64,000 nt of DNA from Candidatus Levyibacteriota bacterium (GTDB lineage Bacteria; Patescibacteriota; Microgenomatia; Levybacterales; UBA12049). The position numbers and the translations under genes are program-made. The stretch's first letter is position 1. Every line of letters starts with the position of its first letter. The stretch is taken from positions 2,713-66,712 of the forward strand of contig JBBSGK010000001.1 in NCBI GenBank assembly GCA_038254115.1, written 5' to 3'. The notes under the pieces are model-generated. The model did not search any database. It saw nothing but the letters and a program-made list of their open reading frames with translations, and had not been told where the DNA came from. Shown here piece by piece: positions 56,801 to 64,000 of this stretch.

Positions 56801-57557
56801 AAATAATGCATTGGCAAAACCAATCTTATCAATCACAGACATAACTCCTGACTCGGATATACAGCAATTGAAAACTCAGCTTGAAAGTGCAAAGGCGCAA
56901 GGTGATCCTTTGGCGATTGAAATTTTAGATACTATTGAGGCAGGCATAAAAACAGAAGAGGTGGCAAAACTCAAAGAAACATTGCTTCTAATAGTTAATC
57001 CAATTAGCGCACAAATACCAATTGAGAAGGAGAAGTTTATTGCCTTGCATGATAAAATTTCTCAGGCCAGCGAAAAAGGCAACGCTCTGGCGGCATCAAT
57101 TCTGGCCATTAACGATACAACTTCAGACGATGCTTTGATTCAGCTTAAAAATCAGTTGGAGGCTGCATTGGCTCAGAATGATGAAGTAGCATTATTGGTA
57201 TTAAATGCCGAATCTGCGCCGGGTGTTGTAGATCAACCAACGCAGGAAAATCCTGAACAGGCTTATCCTTTTGGTATGGGTCAGCAAGAAGAGGCAGCTG
57301 CCACTCAATTAACTCCGGATCCCGCCGCTCAAGGGGCGGTTTTACAGGAAGGCACAGTTCCTCAACCAGTACCGGTTACTCCGTCTCTTAGCACGCCTAC
57401 AGTAGAACAACCAAGTGGTGGATCTGCTTTTCAGCCCCCATCTTCTACGCCACAGGCTGGTGTAAGCGCCGGGATGAGCGCGCTGAACGAGATTTTACAA
57501 AGAGACGCCGATCCTTTTGGTAATCCAGTTGAGCCCGAGGAGGAAAGGGTCAGATAA
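53871..57557 (+). CDS. atypical Clp/Hsp100 AAA+ ATPase with a low-complexity N-terminus, two Clp_N repeats, D1 and D2 domains, no M-domain, no ClpP-binding IG[FL] loop, and a roughly 400-aa C-terminal extension carrying the same repeat module as the upstream membrane protein
   Basis: The D1 Walker A is [16 protein letters not shown], the D2 Walker A is [16 protein letters not shown], and the sensor region …[10 protein letters not shown]… is present. The D1-D2 linker is only about 35 aa. The C-terminus has three copies of …I.NP……K[DE]K[YF]..L.D.L…..GN.LA..ILS[IV]N[DE].T.D…I..LK.QLE.A…GD..A..IL…. Confidence 0.8.
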   Translation: MFGTFFNSKKPDEADASNIPAQPITDQNPPVVGLAQAPASAPLSQEPVSPSPVSTQAPNHDLSIQNSAVNQQPVSVAPQSINNPAVRADTSALSHLDPRAGQVLTHAQEETKRIKQQFIEPSQIIFGLLYDEQVYKLLSEFQADGGALSKEIQSKEVMGVFRSQPALSKVAMAVFDQAYKDAKMRGSNFVTPEDLLIVLFDPQFGVSGSLESRGLKKEAVVEKVSKNPNLNFGKKTILEKYGVDLNEEARAGKLDPIAGRDEEIDRIIHILLRRTKNNPIIIGETGVGKTAIVEGLAQKIVAGQVPKDLAEKRVFQLDVASLVAGASHRGEFEERLRGVINEVLGSGNKIILFIDEIHSLMGTGEEGMNAANIIKPHLARGHLQLIGATTTIEYRRNFEKDKAFERRFQPVTAEEPSEEHAFEMLKVIRPKYEKFHKITISDDTLMECVKLSKKYIGERYLPDKAVDLLDEAGSEVHLQADEGKRGDNQVKKTDIEKVVSGWTGIPITKLTEDESEKLLKLEDRIHHRLIDQMEAVVAVSEAVRRGRIGLAAANRPIASFVFLGPTGVGKTELAKTLAELLFGRDDAMARLDMSEYMEKHEVAKLIGAPPGYVGYEEGGQLTEAVRKKPYSIVLFDEIEKAHPDVFNILLQLLEDGRLTDNKGNTISFKNTIVICTSNIGSSLIQEKLSQVDSKEKKSAEESAKTFKELSEVVKQELIKFFRPELLNRFDDVVIFKPLLQEHMAGIARLGIAKTAGLLKEQGFTLQITEKGVAQLAKDGYDPVYGARPLRRLIQTAIENPIALEIISKKFEAGDTIVVDYNDTNNEFTFSKGQDSVNESENLKKTLLEINNPGAISDTAKKDKYTRLHDELVPASKQGDKLSEAILSVNEGTSDEVIKKILEDLKIAQNKGNQLASDIMAIVGAENVKEAEITHDAAPVTKFKKTLQQVINPLYLAAPGNKDKFSALYDKLTTANQENNALAKPILSITDITPDSDIQQLKTQLESAKAQGDPLAIEILDTIEAGIKTEEVAKLKETLLLIVNPISAQIPIEKEKFIALHDKISQASEKGNALAASILAINDTTSDDALIQLKNQLEAALAQNDEVALLVLNAESAPGVVDQPTQENPEQAYPFGMGQQEEAAATQLTPDPAAQGAVLQEGTVPQPVPVTPSLSTPTVEQPSGGSAFQPPSSTPQAGVSAGMSALNEILQRDADPFGNPVEPEEERVR

Positions 57558-57671
57558 GCTGCAGATCTAGTAAATAAATAAACCCCTTGTTATCAATACA
57601 ATATTTATGTAATATTAGCGCATACAAACCGCCTAAGTTTAATCTCTTGGTCGGTGAAAGGAGGTGAGTAT

Positions 57672-58130
57672 ATGAATAAAAATATTTTAATCGCATTGGT
57701 AGTTATCGTTTTACTCGTCTTGGGATTTGTAATTGTCAAAGGCAGCTCAAATAAAGCTGTTACGCCAACAGTTACACCTAGCGCAACGACTGAAAAACCA
57801 TCCAGCTCTCCATCTGCGATGGAAAAATCACCATCCAAGGAACCAGAGGCAATGTCTCAAAAAGAAGACACAGTTACATTGAGCGCAAGCGGTTTTGAAC
57901 CTGCAACAATCACAGTTAAAAAAGGAGATAAAGTTGTATGGGTAAATAAGAGTGGAGATAGCGCAACTGTTGATTCAGACAATCATCCAACTCATCTTCT
58001 TTATCCGCCCTTAAACATGGGTACTTTTGATGATGGGGCTAAGCATGAGTTAGTTTTTGATAAAGCAGGAACTTACACATACCACGACCATTTCCATCCA
58101 TCCAGACGAGGGAAAGTGGTTGTAGAGTAA
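57672..58130 (+). CDS. membrane-anchored cupredoxin-like domain protein lacking the canonical type-1 copper Cys
   Basis: A Shine-Dalgarno sequence AAGGAGGTG precedes the ATG at 57672. It has a TM anchor and a Pro/Ser/Thr linker. The C-terminal …TITVKKGDKVVWVNKSGDSATVDSDNHP…GTYTYHDHFHPSRRGKVVVE is a cupredoxin fold pattern with His but no Cys. Confidence 0.5.
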   Translation: MNKNILIALVVIVLLVLGFVIVKGSSNKAVTPTVTPSATTEKPSSSPSAMEKSPSKEPEAMSQKEDTVTLSASGFEPATITVKKGDKVVWVNKSGDSATVDSDNHPTHLLYPPLNMGTFDDGAKHELVFDKAGTYTYHDHFHPSRRGKVVVE

Positions 58131-58151
58131 AAAGCGTGCTAAAATGGGGCA

Positions 58152-61109
58152 ATGGCAGAGTACAAGTTAAATCCGGAGCAGCAGAGAGCTGTAAGTCATG
58201 GTAGTGGTCCTCTTCTTATAATAGCCGGTGCCGGAACCGGCAAAACAACTGTTATTACAAAGCGCATCCAAAATCTGATTCTTGAAAAAAAGGTTCCTCC
58301 CTCCAATATTCTTGCCCTTACATTTACTGAAAAAGCAGCTGCCGAGATGGAAGCGAGGGTTGATGAGATAATGCCTTTTGGCTATACACAGATGTGGATT
58401 GAAACGTTCCATGCGTTCTCAGATCGGATTTTGAGGCAAGAAGCAATACATATTGGTCTAAATCCCGGATTCCAGTTGTTAACTGAAGCTGAAAGTTTGC
58501 TTTTCCTAAGAAAACATTTATTTGAATTTGATCTGGAGTATTTCCGACCTCTTGGGAATCCGATGAAATTTCTACAGGGAATGCTCAATCACTTCGCCCG
58601 CCTTAAGGATGATGATATTAACCCTCAGCAGTATTTAAAGTATGCTGAGGAAATCCGAAATCCGAAATCCGAAATCCGAAATGATGATGAGATTAAGAAA
58701 ACACTGGAGCTGGCAAACGCATTTAAAAAATATGAGGATTTAAAGGCTAAAGAAGGCGTGATGGATTTTTCAGATTTGATAAGTAATACGCTTAAGCTTT
58801 TCAGAACACGTAAAAATATTTTGGCCGAATATCAAGAATTGTTCCAATACATTTTGGTTGATGAATTTCAGGATACAAATTACGCGCAGAATGAACTTGC
58901 AATACTTTTAGCCGGCGAAAAGAAAAATATAACTGTTGTAGGCGACGATGATCAAAGTATTTATAGATGGAGGGGGGCTGCTATATCCAACATGCTTCAG
59001 TTCAAATCTCATTTTTCTGATGCGGCAATAGTCACTCTTAATAAGAATTACCGCTCAACCCAGAATATATTGGATGCATCTTATAAATTAATTCAAAATA
59101 ACAACCCGGATAGGCTTGAGGTTAAAGAAAAAATTGATAAAAAGCTTGTGTCAGAACGCGAAATTAAAGGCACAGAACCAGAGTTTATCTATACAAATAA
59201 AGCAGAGGATGAGGCAGAGGAGGTCGCAAAAAAGATTATCGAACTTTCAAAATCCAATTACAAATATAGTGATTTTGCAATTTTAGTCCGTGCCAATGAC
59301 CACGCAACTCCTTTTCAGCGCTCTCTTGAGAGGCGGCGCATTCCTTATCAATTCTTGGGGCCTGGGCATTTATTTCAACAGTCGGAAATTAAAGATCTGA
59401 TTGCATATCTTCACAGTCTGGCAAATTTTGAAGATACAGCTTCTTTATATAGAGTAATTACCCTTCAGATTTTTGCTATAGAAGCGCGGGACATTGCCGC
59501 TATGCTTAACTTTTCCAAGAAAAATAATCTTTCTCTTTTTGAAGCTATGGAAAATGTTGAAGATTCCAGTTTGACCGCCAACGGCAAAGAGAAAATCAAG
59601 CGGATTACAGATATGATGAAACGTCATCTTGCTAAGGTTCCGAAGGAAACAGCCGGGCAAATTCTTTACTATTTCTTTGAAGATTCAGGTCTTTTGGGTC
59701 ATTATCTTGATCCGCAGTCTCAAAGGACTGAAAAAGAGGCACAAAATGTAGCCAAATTATTTGAAAAGCTACAAAATTTTGCAAGTAACCGGGATGATGC
59801 ATCTGTTTTTGCGGTTGTTGATTGGATAGATCTATCAATGGAGCTTGGTGAGAGTCCGCTTGCAGCTGACATCGACTGGACACAGAATAACGCAGTAAAT
59901 ATACTAACTGTCCATTCAAGTAAAGGTCTTGAATTTCCGGTTGTATTTGTCGTGAATCTTGTTATACAGCGCTTCCCATCACGTGACAGAAAAGAGCAAA
60001 TTCCGGTGCCGACTGATTTGATCAAAGAAATTCTCCCGACAGGCAATGAATCGCTTCAAGAAGAAAGACGGCTCTTTTATGTCGCAATTACACGGGCAAA
60101 AGATAATTTGTTTCTCGCGGCTAGTAAGTTTTATGGAGAAGCCAAAAGAGAGCGGAAACTTTCACCGTTTATCGCCGAAGCATTAGGTGAGGATGTAGTC
60201 AAAAGCATTATAAATAAAAAAATTAATCAGCCGCCTGTGCAACAGCTATCCCTTCTTGAGATTGTTAACGCAAACATTCAAAATACCTCTGAAAAACAAC
60301 AAGAACTATCAGCAATTAGACATCAGCCATTAGCAATTAATTATATTTCCTATTCACAAATTGCAACTTTTCTGACTTGTCCTCTTCATTACAAACTCCG
60401 CTATATTCTCAATTTTCCATCGCCTCCGGCGCCTGCATTAAGCTATGGAATTAGCGTTCATAGCAGCCTTCGTGACATTTTACTTTCTCAGAGAGCAGGG
60501 AGTAAGATTAACGACACAGAAGTAAAAAGTATTCTTAAAGAGAACTGGATAAATGAGGGCTACAGCAGCAAAACTCATGAGCTGCAAACATATGCACAGG
60601 CCGGAAAAATACTCGGTGAGTTCTGGAAAAATTATAAGAGCGATAAACCAAATACTGTGGGTATCGAAACACCATTTAGTTTTTGGTTAAAAAGCCTGCC
60701 TAACGGACAGGCAGGCCTGCCTGCCGGTAGGCAGGTAAAAGTTGGGGGCCGGATCGACCGTATTGACGCTTTAACTGACAAAAAAATTGAAATAATTGAT
60801 TATAAAACAGGAAAAAACATGTTGGATCCCAAAAAAGCAAAAGATGATTTGCAGTTGTCATTTTACGCGCTGGCGGCGACAGAAGTGCATGACTCAATTT
60901 TTGGAAAAGCACCTGATGAGGTTGTTTTGACTCTTCACTATCTAGAATCAAATCAGAAAGTATCAACCACCCGCTCAAAAGAAGAGCTTGAAATGGCAAA
61001 AGAAAAAATCTTGAAAATAGTTTCAGAGATTGAAACAAGTGACTTTAAGTGTACAGGGGGAATGTTCTGCAAAAATTGTGAATACAAGATGATCTGTCAG
61101 ACAGTTTAA
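58152..61109 (+). CDS. UvrD/PcrA-type superfamily 1 helicase fused to a C-terminal PD-(D/E)XK (RecB/Cas4-like, Cys-cluster) nuclease domain
   Basis: The Walker A is GAGTGKTTVIT. Helicase motifs include …VDEFQDTNYAQ… and …TVHSSKGLEFPVVFVV…. The C-terminus has …GRIDRID…IIDYKTGK… plus C-x-n-C…CxxC (CTGGMFCKNCEYKMIC). Confidence 0.8.
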   Translation: MAEYKLNPEQQRAVSHGSGPLLIIAGAGTGKTTVITKRIQNLILEKKVPPSNILALTFTEKAAAEMEARVDEIMPFGYTQMWIETFHAFSDRILRQEAIHIGLNPGFQLLTEAESLLFLRKHLFEFDLEYFRPLGNPMKFLQGMLNHFARLKDDDINPQQYLKYAEEIRNPKSEIRNDDEIKKTLELANAFKKYEDLKAKEGVMDFSDLISNTLKLFRTRKNILAEYQELFQYILVDEFQDTNYAQNELAILLAGEKKNITVVGDDDQSIYRWRGAAISNMLQFKSHFSDAAIVTLNKNYRSTQNILDASYKLIQNNNPDRLEVKEKIDKKLVSEREIKGTEPEFIYTNKAEDEAEEVAKKIIELSKSNYKYSDFAILVRANDHATPFQRSLERRRIPYQFLGPGHLFQQSEIKDLIAYLHSLANFEDTASLYRVITLQIFAIEARDIAAMLNFSKKNNLSLFEAMENVEDSSLTANGKEKIKRITDMMKRHLAKVPKETAGQILYYFFEDSGLLGHYLDPQSQRTEKEAQNVAKLFEKLQNFASNRDDASVFAVVDWIDLSMELGESPLAADIDWTQNNAVNILTVHSSKGLEFPVVFVVNLVIQRFPSRDRKEQIPVPTDLIKEILPTGNESLQEERRLFYVAITRAKDNLFLAASKFYGEAKRERKLSPFIAEALGEDVVKSIINKKINQPPVQQLSLLEIVNANIQNTSEKQQELSAIRHQPLAINYISYSQIATFLTCPLHYKLRYILNFPSPPAPALSYGISVHSSLRDILLSQRAGSKINDTEVKSILKENWINEGYSSKTHELQTYAQAGKILGEFWKNYKSDKPNTVGIETPFSFWLKSLPNGQAGLPAGRQVKVGGRIDRIDALTDKKIEIIDYKTGKNMLDPKKAKDDLQLSFYALAATEVHDSIFGKAPDEVVLTLHYLESNQKVSTTRSKEELEMAKEKILKIVSEIETSDFKCTGGMFCKNCEYKMICQTV
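58651..58682 (+). repeat. heptanucleotide microsatellite (AAATCCG)x4 plus a partial copy inside the helicase-nuclease CDS, followed by (GAT)3
   Basis: aaatccg aaatccg aaatccg aaatccg aaat encodes EIRNPKSEIRN. The unit length is 7, not a multiple of 3. Confidence 0.85.
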
Positions 61110-61642
61110 AGGCACTGGGTAGTTGCGATAAGCCATGCACCATTTATTTTGTCAAGCTCAACTGCATAAAGTTGTTTGCCGCCTTGCGCACTTTCCCGGA
61201 TTGTGACGTATGCTACATTCCCGTCTACACTGTATTCCGGGGTATCAACAATAAAATCTTTTACTCTATTGGCAGGACAAAAAATGGGATCATTTTTCCC
61301 ATCGTATTGGGCTTGTACAAAATTTATGAGTTCCTGTGAAACGCGTTTATCCTTTTTATAACCGCCAGATGACAATAAGTCTGGAGATGATTTGTAAGAT
61401 AAATAAAAGTTTTTAACCACTTGGTCGGGTGTCAAAGAATTGTTTCCAGGCGAAGATTGATTAATGTCTGCTTGGGTTTTGTTTGTATTTAAGTTTTGTT
61501 CAGTATTAGATTCAGGAGACGTTGGCGTTATTTGTTTTTGTTCAGATGCTTTTTCTGATGCAGATTGTATTGCCACAAGTATCACGAAAACAACCACAAC
61601 AAATCCACCGGCTATTGCTAAATATATATATTGCTTTTTCAT
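61106..61642 (-). CDS. hypothetical membrane-anchored (N-terminal TM) secreted protein
   Basis: It is a 178-aa ORF with a TM anchor, a low-complexity Ser/Thr/Asn linker and a C-terminal globular part. It overlaps the helicase gene stop by 4 nt on the opposite strand. Confidence 0.5.
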   Translation of the reverse strand: MKKQYIYLAIAGGFVVVVFVILVAIQSASEKASEQKQITPTSPESNTEQNLNTNKTQADINQSSPGNNSLTPDQVVKNFYLSYKSSPDLLSSGGYKKDKRVSQELINFVQAQYDGKNDPIFCPANRVKDFIVDTPEYSVDGNVAYVTIRESAQGGKQLYAVELDKINGAWLIATTQCL

Positions 61643-61680
61643 ATACGCTTAATTCTAACTATAAAAGAACTTTGTCCCAT

Positions 61681-61696
61681 GTGTCAACAAGTTGAC
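61681..61696. promoter_or_regulatory. perfect palindrome TGTCAAC-AAG-TTGACA in the divergent intergenic region, providing a TTGACA -35 hexamer on each strand
   Basis: TTGACA-N18-TATACT points rightward and TTGACA-N17-TATAGT points leftward on the complementary strand. This is a possible shared operator. Confidence 0.3.
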
Positions 61697-61730
61697 AAAA
61701 TTTTTTAAAAATCTTTATACTGGTATAGAT

Positions 61731-62579
61731 ATGAAAATTAGTTGGGAAGATAAAGGAAGCGCAGGAGGCGGTACGCTTTATGTAGTTCTTATCATGCTGA
61801 TAGTTGGCGCATTGGCATTTGAGATGATGGGTGGAAAGTTGCCAACCGCTCAACCTGTGCCACCTCAATCAGATTCATCTCAATTGTCTCCGGCACCTTC
61901 TCAGGGTTGGCAAGAAGTGATAATTGATCCTTTTGTGCCGCAATCAGATAAGAAAAATCTTCAACTGTATACGTTTTCAGGACACAAGCCTGTTCCCACT
62001 ACTCCGCTTCCGACCACAACTCCCACCACCTGTGAACATAGCGCTATTAACCAAGAGGATACGATGATTATCGGGTTTGATCCCGGATATGATAAATCAG
62101 TTGGGGCAGGAGGAGATATCAGAGTATGGTTTACCGATGAAAATCCCCCAATGGTTTCAATAGGTGAAGTTGTTGATCCGGCAACCGGAGAAATAACAAA
62201 AAAAGGAAACACTGGTATCTTGGATACCTGCTCAACAGGAAAAAGTTTAAACATTCCGTTTGAGCCATCGCTTACTATTGGAGACAAAGTATCTTACCCG
62301 AATAAAATTAAAGGAATATTTTATCCTTCCTCTACTTGTACCTATGATCCTAAGCGAAAGGGTCCCAATGGTCCATCCATCGATGATTTCAAGCCTTATC
62401 AAGCCGGCACTCCGGGTTTTAAGCACTACGGCGCTGGAAAAAAAGACAGCTACGTAGCAGAGTATATTTGGCACGTAAGTTCGCTGTCATTGTCTTCGGG
62501 AAACTACAAGGCCAGAATTATTGCACACGATGGAGATAGGGAGATAGGCATGCTTTGCGCAAATATTACAATTCAATGA
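61731..62579 (+). CDS. hypothetical membrane-anchored secreted protein (Thr/Pro-rich linker, Cys-containing C-terminal domain)
   Basis: The start is chosen at MKISWEDKG (61731), downstream of the putative -10 TATACT. The track ORF begins at 61692. Confidence 0.5.
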   Translation: MKISWEDKGSAGGGTLYVVLIMLIVGALAFEMMGGKLPTAQPVPPQSDSSQLSPAPSQGWQEVIIDPFVPQSDKKNLQLYTFSGHKPVPTTPLPTTTPTTCEHSAINQEDTMIIGFDPGYDKSVGAGGDIRVWFTDENPPMVSIGEVVDPATGEITKKGNTGILDTCSTGKSLNIPFEPSLTIGDKVSYPNKIKGIFYPSSTCTYDPKRKGPNGPSIDDFKPYQAGTPGFKHYGAGKKDSYVAEYIWHVSSLSLSSGNYKARIIAHDGDREIGMLCANITIQ

Positions 62580-62634
62580 TCCCTCAGTTGTAATTTAAAA
62601 ATATACCAAATATACTAGAATTACGCTTAGTCAC

Positions 62635-62964
62635 ATGAATAACTATCTTTTTCTGCCTTTTGTTTTTTTGAAATTTTGGTATATCGAAAGCCCCCGCGAA
62701 ATCATCGGTTTTTTCGTATCACTCAATAAAGCTTTTTTTCAGATGTTTGCACTTCCCTTATTTCTAAGGACATTCTTCAAACCTTTAAAAAATGAATATA
62801 GACAAGGATTGGTCGGATTTTCAAGGGCTATGGGCATGATAATTAAAACTTTTTTTATCATAGCCGATGTTATTCTATTAATTCCCCTTTTGGTATTTGA
62901 AATCGTGGTATTAGTTTTATTTCTTGCCTTTCCGATATTAACGGCGGGTTTGTTATTTTATTAG
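62635..62964 (+). CDS. small hypothetical membrane protein
   Basis: It is 109 aa with 2-3 hydrophobic segments. Confidence 0.35.
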   Translation: MNNYLFLPFVFLKFWYIESPREIIGFFVSLNKAFFQMFALPLFLRTFFKPLKNEYRQGLVGFSRAMGMIIKTFFIIADVILLIPLLVFEIVVLVLFLAFPILTAGLLFY

Positions 62965-62971
62965 ACAAAAC

Positions 62972-64000
62972 ATGATTGATCACGTAAAAATATATCTTTA
63001 CTACCGCAGAGCCCTAATACGGAGCATACGGCTTGTTGTTTTTGCAATTTTACTCTTTACCATTCTTAATCTATTTGCGCAGAATATTTCTCCTAAATTT
63101 CCATTATTTCTTTTTAATCTATTTGTTATGTTTGAAGTCTTTTTTCACTTCAAGATAAGCAAAAGCAGGCCAACTCTTCTTATTTCTAAAAACTCAGGCA
63201 AGGACCTTCCTGCCGGCAAGGCAGGTATCTATCAATCTTTTACCATGCATGCATTGTCCCCATTTGTTACAGATCAAAAAACAAGCGGAATTATTAAAAA
63301 GTTAATTAAATATCCTCAGGTAAAACTATTTCTGCAAAAAGCCAACATAACCCAAAAGGATTTGCCGTTTGTGGATTTGGATAAAGAAACTCTCGCAAAA
63401 AGCGCGTTTGATACAGCAAGTACATTTAAGGGTAAATTTGTCACAACAGTTGATATACTCGTTGCTTATCTTTTTCTGATTGAACCCGAGAAAAAATTGC
63501 TTTTTGCAAAGCAACTTAAATCTGAAGACTTATACAATATTTCCGAATGGATCAGACTTGAATATCCTGATGAGGAAAGCCCCAAAAAGTTCCGTGTACG
63601 TTTTGAGGGAGGAGGAATCGGGGAGAGTCTCGTTTCCGGGTGGACACCTGAAACAAAAAAATACACAGCGTTATTTACCTCTTTTGCGCTTAAATATACT
63701 CCACTTATACGCGGGCGGGAAAATGAATTCAAGACAATGATTGAAGCTTTGATAAAAGTAGAAAATAATAATGTGCTTTTGGTTGGGGATATCGGGGCTG
63801 GAAAAGAGAATTTGGTACGCGCTCTTGCCTACTTCAGTTTCGAGGGAGAATTGGGAGCGTATCTTAATTACAAACGGATTTTGGAACTTTTGGTCGGCGC
63901 ATTGACAGCGGGTGCTACCAATAGGTCAGAGTTGGAGGAAAGGCTTCAATCAATAATCGCTGAAATTTCCCATGCGCAGGATATCTTGCTGTATGTTCCT
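62972..64000 (+). CDS. membrane-anchored Clp/Hsp100-like AAA+ ATPase, 5' portion; the ORF runs off the window end and is absent from the ORF track
   Basis: The open frame from ATG 62972 has no stop through 64000. It encodes two N-terminal TM helices, Clp_N-like repeats (…LAKSAFDTASTFKGKFVTTVDILVAYL…, …LKSEDLYNISEWIR…) and a ClpB D1-like …NNVLLVGDIGAGKENLVRALA…RSELEERLQSIIAEISHAQDILLYVP…. The Walker A is atypical, GAGKE instead of GVGKT. Confidence 0.7.
   Translation, partial: MIDHVKIYLYYRRALIRSIRLVVFAILLFTILNLFAQNISPKFPLFLFNLFVMFEVFFHFKISKSRPTLLISKNSGKDLPAGKAGIYQSFTMHALSPFVTDQKTSGIIKKLIKYPQVKLFLQKANITQKDLPFVDLDKETLAKSAFDTASTFKGKFVTTVDILVAYLFLIEPEKKLLFAKQLKSEDLYNISEWIRLEYPDEESPKKFRVRFEGGGIGESLVSGWTPETKKYTALFTSFALKYTPLIRGRENEFKTMIEALIKVENNNVLLVGDIGAGKENLVRALAYFSFEGELGAYLNYKRILELLVGALTAGATNRSELEERLQSIIAEISHAQDILLYVP

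Noticed and set aside
1-64000. Alternative genetic code (UGA=Gly, code 25) as in some CPR lineages
   Set aside because: Full-length conserved proteins (xfp, dapL, lysC, dapA, tatD) terminate at TGA exactly where homologs end, often inside ATGA start/stop overlaps. So UGA is a stop here.
1-64000. CRISPR arrays, transposases/IS elements, tRNA or rRNA genes
   Set aside because: No regularly spaced direct repeats, no DDE/serine/tyrosine recombinase ORFs, no cloverleaf-like tRNA motifs (GGTTCGAATCC-type T-arms) and no rRNA-like segments were seen.

Overview
The window is AT-rich, gene-dense bacterial DNA read with the standard genetic code. TGA is used as a stop codon throughout, and many adjacent genes overlap by the 4 nt ATGA. 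The gene content looks like a small-genome Patescibacteria/CPR-like organism: class I LysRS, an hrcA-CIRCE heat-shock operon, many membrane glycosyltransferases, and no obvious respiratory genes. That taxonomic placement is an inference. 

From 5' to 3' the window contains:
- Four tandem paralogous ABC-2-like permeases.
- An unannotated RNase P RNA (rnpB); the ORF track's 3268..3450 ORF overlaps it.
- An AdoMetDC-like fusion protein.
- rmuC, an orphan CheY-like receiver, and tsaD.
- A minus-strand block with DUF192, a cytidylyltransferase, a PEP-utilizing enzyme, an HD-domain protein and a VanW protein.
- A sugar-type solute-binding protein and greA.
- A phosphoketolase fused to a CoA-binding domain, translationally coupled to an acetyl/acyl-CoA synthetase.
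- A gamma-carbonic-anhydrase-like gene with an apparent frameshift.
- An HTH fused to an EgtD-like methyltransferase, then murB.
- A complete lysine/threonine-branch operon (dapL-lysA-lysC-dapB-dapA-asd-hom) followed directly by a class I lysyl-tRNA synthetase, then rdgB.
- A PEGA/SH3b protein whose 3' end is duplicated about 470 bp downstream, which looks like an att-like direct repeat.
- An envelope glycan cluster (UbiA/DPPRS-like, WecA/MraY-like, GT39/GT-C, GT2), then tatD and metG.
- A divergent CIRCE-controlled hrcA-grpE-dnaK-dnaJ operon.
- A GC-richer island gene of unknown function.
- The most unusual locus: a small two-TM pilin-like protein, a 1215-aa polytopic membrane protein and a 1228-aa Clp/Hsp100 AAA+ ATPase. 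The two large proteins carry the same roughly 75-aa helical repeat module in long C-terminal extensions.
- A cupredoxin-like protein and a UvrD-type helicase fused to a PD-(D/E)XK nuclease, which contains a heptanucleotide microsatellite.
- A second, membrane-anchored Clp-like ATPase with a degenerate Walker A motif, running off the window end.

No rRNA, tRNA, CRISPR array or transposase was recognised.
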